Assembly: GCA_937910695.1 (NCBI GenBank)
Contig: CALEMW010000054.1
Coordinates: 13,831 to 77,830, forward strand
Length of the DNA stretch: 64,000 nucleotides
From: an uncultured bacterium
GTDB taxonomy: Bacteria; Krumholzibacteriota; Krumholzibacteriia; LZORAL124-64-63
Reading direction: 5' to 3'
The translations under genes were made by a program, and so were the position numbers. Positions 54,257 to 62,019 of the stretch are shown here, piece after piece (position 1 is the first letter of the stretch; every line of letters begins with the position of its first letter). Under the pieces are notes generated by a model. That model ran no database searches. It worked only from the letters and a program-made list of their open reading frames with translations, and had not been told where the DNA came from.

Positions 54257-55396
54257 ATGACAACATCGAAGACCCGCTGCATCGGCATCCTCACCTCGGG
54301 CGGCGACTGTCCGGGGCTGAACGCCGCGATCCGCGGCATCACCAAGGCCGCCATCCAGGACTACGGCATTCAGGTCGTGGGCGTGCTCGACGGGTTCCGC
54401 GGGCTGGTCGAGAACCGCACCGTGCCGCTGAAGCACGACAACCTGAGCAACGTGCTGACCCTCGGCGGCACGATCCTCGGCACCTCGCGCGACAAGCCGG
54501 CCAAAATGGCCATGGGCGACCGCATCATGGACATGACCGACGTCGCGGTGCAGAACGCCCGCGCCAACGGCTTCGACTGTCTGGTCTGCCTGGGCGGCGG
54601 CGGCACCCAGAAGAACGCCTACCATCTCCACAAGGCCGGCGGCCTCGACGTGATGACGCTGCCGAAGACCATCGACAACGACGTGGCCGGCACCGACGTC
54701 AGCTTCGGCTACGACACGGCCCTGACCATCGCCGCCGAGGCCATCGACCGCCTGCACACCACGGCCACGAGCCACGACCGCATCATCATCGTGGAGGTGA
54801 TGGGCAACAAGGCGGGTTGGTTGGCGCTGGGCGCCGGCATCGCCGCGGGGGCCGACGTGATCCTGATCCCGGAGATCCCCTACGACATCGAGGCCGTGAA
54901 GGAGTACCTGATCGAACGTCGGCGACGGTTCGGCAAGCGGTTCTCCATCGTCGTGGTTGCCGAGGGCGCGGTGTCGAAGGAAGAGGCGGCCCTGGGCGCA
55001 CGGCCCAGTACGGAAACTCTGTTCGAAGACGAGGACAACGGCGTCTTCGGTCCGAAGCTGGTGATGGAATCGTTGGCGGGGCGTCTGGCCCGCCAACTCC
55101 AAGCCATGACCGGCACCGAGGCCCGCGTGACCTCCCTGGGGCACGTACAGCGCGGCGGCGTGCCGACGCCCACCGACCGCCTGCTCTGCACCCGACTGGG
55201 CGTCCGCGCCGCCGACTTCCTGGCCAAGGGCCGGTACAACGTGATGGTCGCAGTCCAGGGCAGAAAGATCGTTTCGGTGCCATTGGCCGAAGTGGCCGGC
55301 GTCCGGCGCACGATTCCCCTGAAGCATCCCTGGCTCGACGCCGCCATGAAGGTGGGCACCTGTCTGGGTGTGTCGCGCAGCGAGCTCCGGCCCTAG
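54257..55396 (+). CDS. pfkA: 6-phosphofructokinase (PfkA family)
   Basis: 'CIGILTSGGDCPGLNAAIRGI', 'LVCLGGGGTQKNA', 'TIDNDVAGTDVSFGYDTA', 'IVEVMGNKAGWLAL' PFK motifs. Confidence 0.85.
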   Translation: MTTSKTRCIGILTSGGDCPGLNAAIRGITKAAIQDYGIQVVGVLDGFRGLVENRTVPLKHDNLSNVLTLGGTILGTSRDKPAKMAMGDRIMDMTDVAVQNARANGFDCLVCLGGGGTQKNAYHLHKAGGLDVMTLPKTIDNDVAGTDVSFGYDTALTIAAEAIDRLHTTATSHDRIIIVEVMGNKAGWLALGAGIAAGADVILIPEIPYDIEAVKEYLIERRRRFGKRFSIVVVAEGAVSKEEAALGARPSTETLFEDEDNGVFGPKLVMESLAGRLARQLQAMTGTEARVTSLGHVQRGGVPTPTDRLLCTRLGVRAADFLAKGRYNVMVAVQGRKIVSVPLAEVAGVRRTIPLKHPWLDAAMKVGTCLGVSRSELRP

Positions 55397-55448
55397 AGCC
55401 TCGGTTCATCTGTTTTCTTCCCCGACGATTCGCGTTAATGTCACCACC

Positions 55449-57608
55449 ATGGCGCCCTCGAAAAAGACTTCCGACCGCTTCGCCCCCATCCTGCGCTGGC
55501 TCAACGACGAGGGCGCCTACTTTGCGCGTCCGGTCCATGTGCTCGGCGATCTGCGTCTCGCCAACCTGCGCCCGGACCTCATCGCCGGCCTGACCATCGC
55601 CGTGGTGCTGCTGCCCCAGGCCATCGCCTACGCCATGATCGCCGAACTGCCGCCGCAGACAGGGCTCTATACAGCCATCGTCGCGGCCGTCATCGGTGCT
55701 CTATGGGGCTCGTCCCGTCATCTTCACACAGGGCCGACCAACGCCAGCTCGCTGCTGGTGTTGGCCACTCTGCTGACAGTCGCCCGACCGGGCACCCACG
55801 ACTTCATCGTGGCGGCGGGGATGCTGGCGGTCATGGTGGGGATCATCAAGGTCGTCATGGGACTGGCGCGCATGGGGGCGCTGGTCAACTTCGTATCGGA
55901 TTCCGTGGTGGTGGGATTCACCGCCGGCGCCGCGGTGCTGATCAGCGTGAACCAGCTGCGGCACCTGCTGAAGCTCGACCTGCCGAGCCGGCCCGTGTTC
56001 CTCGAGACCGCGGCCGAGATCGTACGCAACGCGGGTTCGGCCCACGTCGCAAGCACGCTGCTGGGCGTGGCGACCCTCGTGATCGTTCTGCTACTCCGCA
56101 AGCTCAGGCCACGCTGGCCCGGCGCTCTGCTGGCCATGGTTCTGGCGGCCGTCGTCACCGGTGTGTTCGATCTCGACGCCAGGGGCGTCGTGGTACTCGG
56201 CGAACTGCCCCGCGCTCTGCCTCCATTGACGAGCCTGCCCCTTTTCGATCTGGAGCTGATCGGCAGACTGGCCGCCGGCGCGCTGGCTATCGCAGCCATC
56301 GGGCTGGTCGAGGCCATGTCCATCTCCCGGGCCATTGCGGCCCAGACAGGACAGCGACTCGACAGTAATCAGGAGTTCGTGGGACAGGGGCTGGCAAGCA
56401 TCGCCTGCGGTTTTCTGTCAGGGTACACGGCGTCGGGATCGTTCACCCGCACGGCTGTGAATTACGAAGCTGGTGGGCGGGGACCGCTGGCCGCAGCTTC
56501 GTCGGGGCTGTGGGTGCTTGTCGCGTTGTTCCTGCTGGCCCCACTGGCCGTCTATCTGCCTCAGACTGCGGTGGTGGGCGTGCTGCTGGCGACCGCCTAC
56601 GGCATGGTCGACTGGAAAGAGATCCTCCGCATCATGCGCAGCTCGCGGGGCGATTCGACGATCCTCATCGCCACCTTCGTCGCGACCCTCACCCTGCCCC
56701 TGGAATTCGCCGTACTGGCCGGCGTGTTCGTGTCGTTCGGCCGCTACCTCATGCGCACTTCGACGCCCGTCGTCCACGAGGTCGTGCCGGACGACTCCTT
56801 CGCCCACCTCGTCCCCCTACGCAACCAGCGGCCGGGGTGCCCCCAGCTGGGCATCGTGGAGATCGAAGGCTCGCTGTATTTCGGCGCCGTGAACCATGTG
56901 GAGGAAGAATTGGCGCACATGCGCGAAAGGCGGCCAGGACTGGTGTTCCTGCTGCTGCGCATGCAGCGGGTCAACCACTGCGATGTGAGCGGCATCCATA
57001 TGCTCGAGGCCCTGGTGCGACGCTTCCGCGACCGCGGCGGCGACGTGTTCCTTGAAGGAGTACGCCCGCGCGTACTGCACCTGATGAGCCTGAGCGGATT
57101 CCTGCGGACCCTCGGCCACCGCAACGTGCTGCGCAAGGACAGCACCATCGGCTATCTGTTCCACAACACGTTGCATCCGGGCATCTGCATCTACGAGTGC
57201 GAACACCGTGTCTTCGCCGAGTGCCAGGCCTTGCCAAAACACACCGAGAGCATCGACCACGAGAACCTGATGGACGTGGCCAGCCACAAAATCACTCAGA
57301 TCAGACCGAGCGAAGTGCGTCGGCTGATGGAAGAGAATCCCGACTCTGTGCTGCTGGTGGATGTGGGCGAAGAGCGTGAGTTCCGGAAGTGGCATGTTCC
57401 CGGCTCGATCAACAAGCCGTTGTCACGCCTCGCCAACATCGAGTCCGACCTGCCCGACGACCGCACCATCGTGGCCATCAGCCGCATCGGCCGCCGCAGC
57501 ACCCTGGCAGCACAGATCCTGTATGCAAAGGGATACCACGACGTGAGGAATCTGCACGGCGGAGTTCTGGGCTGGGAAGCTGCGGGCTACCCCATCGGGG
57601 TGGAATAG
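55449..57608 (+). CDS. SulP-family anion (sulfate/bicarbonate) transporter with C-terminal STAS domain and a rhodanese-like domain whose catalytic Cys is replaced by Ser
   Basis: SulP motif 'LIAGLTIAVVLLPQAIAYAMIA'. STAS region. Rhodanese 'VLLVDVGEEREFRKWHVPGSINKP...TIVAISRIGRRS...HGGVLGWEAAGYP'. Confidence 0.85.
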   Translation: MAPSKKTSDRFAPILRWLNDEGAYFARPVHVLGDLRLANLRPDLIAGLTIAVVLLPQAIAYAMIAELPPQTGLYTAIVAAVIGALWGSSRHLHTGPTNASSLLVLATLLTVARPGTHDFIVAAGMLAVMVGIIKVVMGLARMGALVNFVSDSVVVGFTAGAAVLISVNQLRHLLKLDLPSRPVFLETAAEIVRNAGSAHVASTLLGVATLVIVLLLRKLRPRWPGALLAMVLAAVVTGVFDLDARGVVVLGELPRALPPLTSLPLFDLELIGRLAAGALAIAAIGLVEAMSISRAIAAQTGQRLDSNQEFVGQGLASIACGFLSGYTASGSFTRTAVNYEAGGRGPLAAASSGLWVLVALFLLAPLAVYLPQTAVVGVLLATAYGMVDWKEILRIMRSSRGDSTILIATFVATLTLPLEFAVLAGVFVSFGRYLMRTSTPVVHEVVPDDSFAHLVPLRNQRPGCPQLGIVEIEGSLYFGAVNHVEEELAHMRERRPGLVFLLLRMQRVNHCDVSGIHMLEALVRRFRDRGGDVFLEGVRPRVLHLMSLSGFLRTLGHRNVLRKDSTIGYLFHNTLHPGICIYECEHRVFAECQALPKHTESIDHENLMDVASHKITQIRPSEVRRLMEENPDSVLLVDVGEEREFRKWHVPGSINKPLSRLANIESDLPDDRTIVAISRIGRRSTLAAQILYAKGYHDVRNLHGGVLGWEAAGYPIGVE

Positions 57609-57612
57609 AAAA

Positions 57613-58455
57613 TCAGATCGACCCGGGTCCGGCCAGGAAATCCGTAACGGCCTCGATCACGCCTGGATCGCGCAGCACACGATTGTGCCCCAATCCCTTA
57701 GTCGTCAGCAAGCGGCCCCGCTCCCCCGCCATATGAACGCCTTCCGCGTAGGGAACGTCGAGATCACCCGTGTCGTGAACCACCAGCAGGTTTTCGCCGA
57801 AGGTCCAGGCCTGGGCCGCCACATCGAACTCCAGGAACGGACTGCCGAAGATTTCGTCGACCCGGGCGCGCATGTTCGCTTCGGCCACCCCCGACAGGCG
57901 GAACCGGCGGGAGTAGTCGGAGAACACTTTGTCGATGTCGTTGGGAGCGCCGACGGTCACCAGCCGCTCCGGCGCCGGACCCGTCATGCGGGCCAACCCC
58001 AGCAGCAGCGACGGCGCTCCGAAGGAATGGCACACCGCGCCATGGAACGGTCCCAGGCGATCGAGGACTGCACCCAAGGCCCTTCCAGACTCGAGCATGT
58101 TGGTGGTCTTGCCGGAGGAATTGGCGTGTGCCGGCAGATCGACGCACACGGCGCGCAGACCCCGCGCCGCCAGAGCATGGGCGAATCCACGCATGCTCGC
58201 CCCGTGGGCGCTCCAACCGTGGGCGAGCAGCACGGCAGGCCCGGCGCCGATCTCATAAGCGGCGACGGTGCCCTTGTCCCAAGGGATGTCGTGCCGCACG
58301 GCGTCGGCCATGAATGCCAGAGCGCCACTCGACGGTCGGCTCGGAATCGGCGTGCAGAACAAGCGCAGGGCGAGACGGCCGGCGAGGCGCGGCGACACGA
58401 CGCCGACCGCGGTCAATCCGGCCGCGAACCAGCGCTCGACGGTGACGGGATTCAT
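57613..58455 (-). CDS. Alpha/beta hydrolase fold protein
   Basis: 'AVLLAHGWSAHG' (HG oxyanion). 'AVCHSFGA' nucleophile elbow. C-terminal 'GLGHNRV' His. Start ATG overlaps the upstream stop (TGATG). Confidence 0.65.
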   Translation of the reverse strand: MNPVTVERWFAAGLTAVGVVSPRLAGRLALRLFCTPIPSRPSSGALAFMADAVRHDIPWDKGTVAAYEIGAGPAVLLAHGWSAHGASMRGFAHALAARGLRAVCVDLPAHANSSGKTTNMLESGRALGAVLDRLGPFHGAVCHSFGAPSLLLGLARMTGPAPERLVTVGAPNDIDKVFSDYSRRFRLSGVAEANMRARVDEIFGSPFLEFDVAAQAWTFGENLLVVHDTGDLDVPYAEGVHMAGERGRLLTTKGLGHNRVLRDPGVIEAVTDFLAGPGSI

Positions 58456-59600
58456 CAGTAGAGCTCCAGCTCGACCAGCGTGCACTCGATGCCGCCATTG
58501 CGCAGGGGGACCTTGCGCTTGGGTCGCAGGCCCAGGGCCCCGACCAGCTCCTTCTCCCCACACAGCACCCAGGCGGTACTGCCGGTGCAACCGCGCTTGA
58601 GCCAGTCGCCCAGATCCTTGTAGATGGCGAAGGCCGTCTCGCGGTCCTCCAGGCGCACGCCGTAGGGAGGGTTGGTGACGATCAGGGAATCCTGCACGCC
58701 GTCGAGCTGGCGGAAGTCCACCCGCGACAGCTGGGTCTCGGACCCGCCCGGCACCCGGCGCAGGTTGGTACGCGTAGCCTTCACGGCGTCGCGGTCGAGG
58801 TCGGACCCCCGGACCAGTCCGGCGGGCACCTCAACCTGGGCCGCTTCCGCGTCGGCCTTCACCCGGTCCCAGAGGGCCTGATCGAAGTCGGGCAACGCGG
58901 CCGTCGGGGCCCGCTTCCTGCAACGCCGCCAGCCTGCCGGCACGTTGCCGGCGATGAGCAGCCCTTCGGCCAGCACCGTTCCCGAACCACACATGGGATC
59001 GTACAACGGACGTTCGCCGTGCCAGCGCGCGCCGGTCAGGATGGCGGCGGCCAGGGTCTCCTGCATGGGCGCGGCCACCGACTCCTTGCGGTAGCCGCGG
59101 CGGTGCATGGCGCCGCCCGAGGCGTCGATGCTGATGGTCGCGTTGTTGCGGCGGATGTTCAGGTCGAACCAGACGTCCGGGTTCTCGCGGTCCACCGAAG
59201 GTCGACGGCCCTCTTTGTCCACGAACCAGTCCGCGATGGCGTCCTTCATCTTCTGAGCCGCGTACTGCCCGTGGGTGATCCGGCTGTCCGAAACGTGGGA
59301 CTGGATGGCGAAGGTGCGCTCGCAGTCGAGCACCACGCTCCAGTCGAGCTGCTTGGTGCAGTTGTACAGGTCGTGTTCGGACTGGCACTCGAAGGTGACC
59401 AGTGGGGCGAGCACATGGCTGGCCAGACGAGATTCGAGCACAGTGCGGTAGAGGGTGCGCGGATCCGTCTGATAACTCACGCCCAGATACAGCGGTTCGA
59501 TACACTGGGCGCCCAGAGCGGACAGCTCGCGGGCGAGCAGTTCCTCGAGGCCTCCGGCGCACTTGGCGAAGACATTGCCGTTTCGTTGATAGTCGAACAT
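58455..59600 (-). CDS. THUMP-domain class I SAM-dependent RNA methyltransferase (RlmL/RlmK N-terminal-module-like, rRNA m2G methyltransferase family)
   Basis: THUMP region. 'LYDPMCGSGTVLAEG' SAM motif I. 'LIVTNPPYGVRL' NPPY motif IV. Confidence 0.75.
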   Translation of the reverse strand: MFDYQRNGNVFAKCAGGLEELLARELSALGAQCIEPLYLGVSYQTDPRTLYRTVLESRLASHVLAPLVTFECQSEHDLYNCTKQLDWSVVLDCERTFAIQSHVSDSRITHGQYAAQKMKDAIADWFVDKEGRRPSVDRENPDVWFDLNIRRNNATISIDASGGAMHRRGYRKESVAAPMQETLAAAILTGARWHGERPLYDPMCGSGTVLAEGLLIAGNVPAGWRRCRKRAPTAALPDFDQALWDRVKADAEAAQVEVPAGLVRGSDLDRDAVKATRTNLRRVPGGSETQLSRVDFRQLDGVQDSLIVTNPPYGVRLEDRETAFAIYKDLGDWLKRGCTGSTAWVLCGEKELVGALGLRPKRKVPLRNGGIECTLVELELY

Positions 59601-59697
59601 GTCCCCAGAATGGCACCTCGATGCGTCCAGCGCCAGCTCCGGACACACGAACGGCCGTTTCCCCGAGGAAACGGCCGTCATGTCGCAGGGATCGGAT

Positions 59698-60369
59698 CTA
59701 ACGGTACAGGGTCTTCACACCGCTCCAAGTGCCCGACTTGTTGCCGACTGTCGGGACGCAGCAGGTCAGGTCGCCCCAGATGATCACCTTGCCGCTGGAT
59801 GTGCGCTTCAGGCCGTTCATGTCGAACCAGCCGTTGCCGTCGTTCACGTACACGATCCCTGGCTGGGGCAGCCCGTCCACAGGCAAATTCGCCTGGAAGG
59901 GTCCAGAGAAGTGCATCACCAGGAAGTAGGGCGCATTGACGGAGTAACAGCCGCAGGTGCCGTTCATCGGTACGGTGATCTGGTGCAGACCCGGATCGTT
60001 GATCTCCAGAGTCACCGGCGGGGATATGCAGGCCGGAGCACCGGGCAACAGAAACTCACCCGACGGATCCCAAACAGCATCGCTCAGACCGCCTTCGATA
60101 GTCAGCAGGACAGGAATCTGGGCCGAAGTGAAATCGAGGAGCATCTGCACCGATTCCAACTTGAATCCGCCCTGGGCGCACGACACCTGTTCGTCGGGAT
60201 AGACCAGATATGCAAAGGACTGGTCGCCATAAACAAGGCCGGGCACCGAAGGCGGGACGGGGGGATTCAAGTTGCCGATCTGGCCCCCGGAACCCTGGGC
60301 GAAGACAGCTCCGGACACCATCAGCAAAACGACGGCGGCAATGAACGGAACGAGGCGGGCGCGCATCAT
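59698..60369 (-). CDS. Secreted Cys-containing hypothetical protein
   Basis: Signal peptide 'MMRARLVPFIAAVVLLMVSGAVFAQ'. 'NGTCGCYSV' and 'GDLTCCVP'. Downstream of the anti-sigma gene. Confidence 0.45.
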   Translation of the reverse strand: MMRARLVPFIAAVVLLMVSGAVFAQGSGGQIGNLNPPVPPSVPGLVYGDQSFAYLVYPDEQVSCAQGGFKLESVQMLLDFTSAQIPVLLTIEGGLSDAVWDPSGEFLLPGAPACISPPVTLEINDPGLHQITVPMNGTCGCYSVNAPYFLVMHFSGPFQANLPVDGLPQPGIVYVNDGNGWFDMNGLKRTSSGKVIIWGDLTCCVPTVGNKSGTWSGVKTLYR

Positions 60370-60483
60370 GAGCGATCTCCTGGAAGAGGCGGCACGGTCA
60401 TCAGGTCTGTCCATTGTACCAGAGATCAAACGGGACCTCAACCGGCCCCGTTTGTCCTGAGAAAAATGAAGAGATGATGCGCT

Positions 60484-61275
60484 CTATGGCGTTTCGAGCC
60501 GTTTTTTCAGCTCCAGGGCCCGCTGGCCATACACTGGGCTGTTCAACAGCCCTTCGAGCTCGATCAGAGCGCCATGGCCATCGTCGAGCATCAGGCGGGC
60601 CTGGACCAACTGCCAGCTCGCGCGCTCGGACACCGGCGGCTGGGGCGATACGGCGGCGGTCTGGAGCGCCGTGACTGCGGATCCTGTTCGACCAGCCATG
60701 AGACGGGCGCTGCCCAGATACAGATGAGCCTGATCGTTGCGGGACCAGGACGCGTCGCCGGCGCCGGCGGCGATGGCCTGTTCGAGACCAACGGCCGCGG
60801 TGTCCCAGTTCTGTACGAGGTAGGAGTCCATGGCGTCGTGGAACAGGCGGTCCGCCGTGGGGGCGTCGCCGCGCACGTCGATCTGACCGTAGGCCAAAGG
60901 TTCGAGAACAGCGAGGCCCGCAAACTTGCCCTCACCGGTCGGCACGAGCACCAGGGCGATGATCACAGCCGCCGTCACCATGGCAGACGCCAGGATCCGC
61001 GGTGTCAGAAGATCGGCGAAGAACCCGCGGAGACGAGCGTAGGTACTCGGCTGCGACTCGGCGCGCACCGCACGGAGAACGGCGACCAGCCGGGCGGGAT
61101 CGGCCGTCATCGCCGCAGCGGCCGGTGCACCTTCGAAGAGTTCCTCGAGAAGAGACGCGTCCTTGCGGGTGGCGGCTTCGAAGCGGTGGGCTGCATCGTC
61201 GTCGAGCAGGCCCAGTTCATAGGCGGCCAGCAGGTCTTCGTCACGGATCTCGATGTCGCGGTTTTCGTCACGCAT
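60484..61275 (-). CDS. Membrane-anchored anti-sigma factor with periplasmic TPR-like domain
   Basis: 8-nt overlap with the ECF sigma gene. Cytoplasmic N-terminus 'DLLAAYELGLLDDDAAHRFE'. Single TM 'ILASAMVTAAVIIALVLVP'. Confidence 0.6.
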   Translation of the reverse strand: MRDENRDIEIRDEDLLAAYELGLLDDDAAHRFEAATRKDASLLEELFEGAPAAAAMTADPARLVAVLRAVRAESQPSTYARLRGFFADLLTPRILASAMVTAAVIIALVLVPTGEGKFAGLAVLEPLAYGQIDVRGDAPTADRLFHDAMDSYLVQNWDTAAVGLEQAIAAGAGDASWSRNDQAHLYLGSARLMAGRTGSAVTALQTAAVSPQPPVSERASWQLVQARLMLDDGHGALIELEGLLNSPVYGQRALELKKRLETP

Positions 61276-61900
61276 GTCCGACCCCCGTCTCCATTCGATC
61301 CATCAGGCTGCGCAGCTGAGCGCGGCAACGGTGGAGGGCGACGTAGAAAGTGTTCCGGGTCAGGTCCGGATGTTCGAGGCAGACCGTTTCGAACGCGCGT
61401 TGGCTGATCTCGCGCTGCCCGCCGCCGCGTTCGTGACTTTCGAGGATGTGACGGAAGATGTCGCCGCAGCGGGGCGATCTTCTCGCCAACTCTGCGACGG
61501 CATTCTCGAGCAGTCCGGCGGTTTCGTCGTGGTCGAGACCCCCGCTGGGGTCTTTGCCCGGCGTCTCTTCGCCGATGCGTTGCCAGTCTTCCACCTGCGT
61601 CGTGCGTTCCGTCTCACGCCGGCGGGTCTGGTAGTGGTTGCCGATCACGTTCCTCAACACGGTCAGACTCCAGACGAGTAGGCCGCAGTCGCGGCTCCGT
61701 TCCCGGTATTTCCCCAGGATGATCCTGAGGGCGTCCTGAACCACATCCTCCACGTGGTCCGGTTGAACCCTCCGTTTGGTGATGGTCAGGAACCTTACAC
61801 GCAGCTCCTCGAACAGTACGGCTTCGGCTCGGCCGTCACCGCCTGCAGCACGATCGCCGAGGGTGTCGAAAGAGGCTTCGGGGGTCGGAACGTCGTTCAC
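61268..61900 (-). CDS. ECF sigma factor (start uncertain; GTG 61900 proposed)
   Basis: 'VVQDALRIILGKYRERSRDCGLLVWSLTVLRNVIGNHY' (region 2). 'QREISQRAFETVCLEHPDLTRNTFYVALHRCRAQLR' (region 4). Must start downstream of 62019 because the divergent gene starts at 62020. Confidence 0.7.
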   Translation of the reverse strand: MNDVPTPEASFDTLGDRAAGGDGRAEAVLFEELRVRFLTITKRRVQPDHVEDVVQDALRIILGKYRERSRDCGLLVWSLTVLRNVIGNHYQTRRRETERTTQVEDWQRIGEETPGKDPSGGLDHDETAGLLENAVAELARRSPRCGDIFRHILESHERGGGQREISQRAFETVCLEHPDLTRNTFYVALHRCRAQLRSLMDRMETGVGHA

Positions 61901-62019
61901 GGGGCCCTCCGGTTGCGCGATGGAACGGATCCGGAATCGTTGCCGCCAAGGGGCGGTGCGTGCATACTCGGACCAAGCGACTCCGCCCGCATCGCTGGAA
62001 TGAACCAGGGGGATGATCC

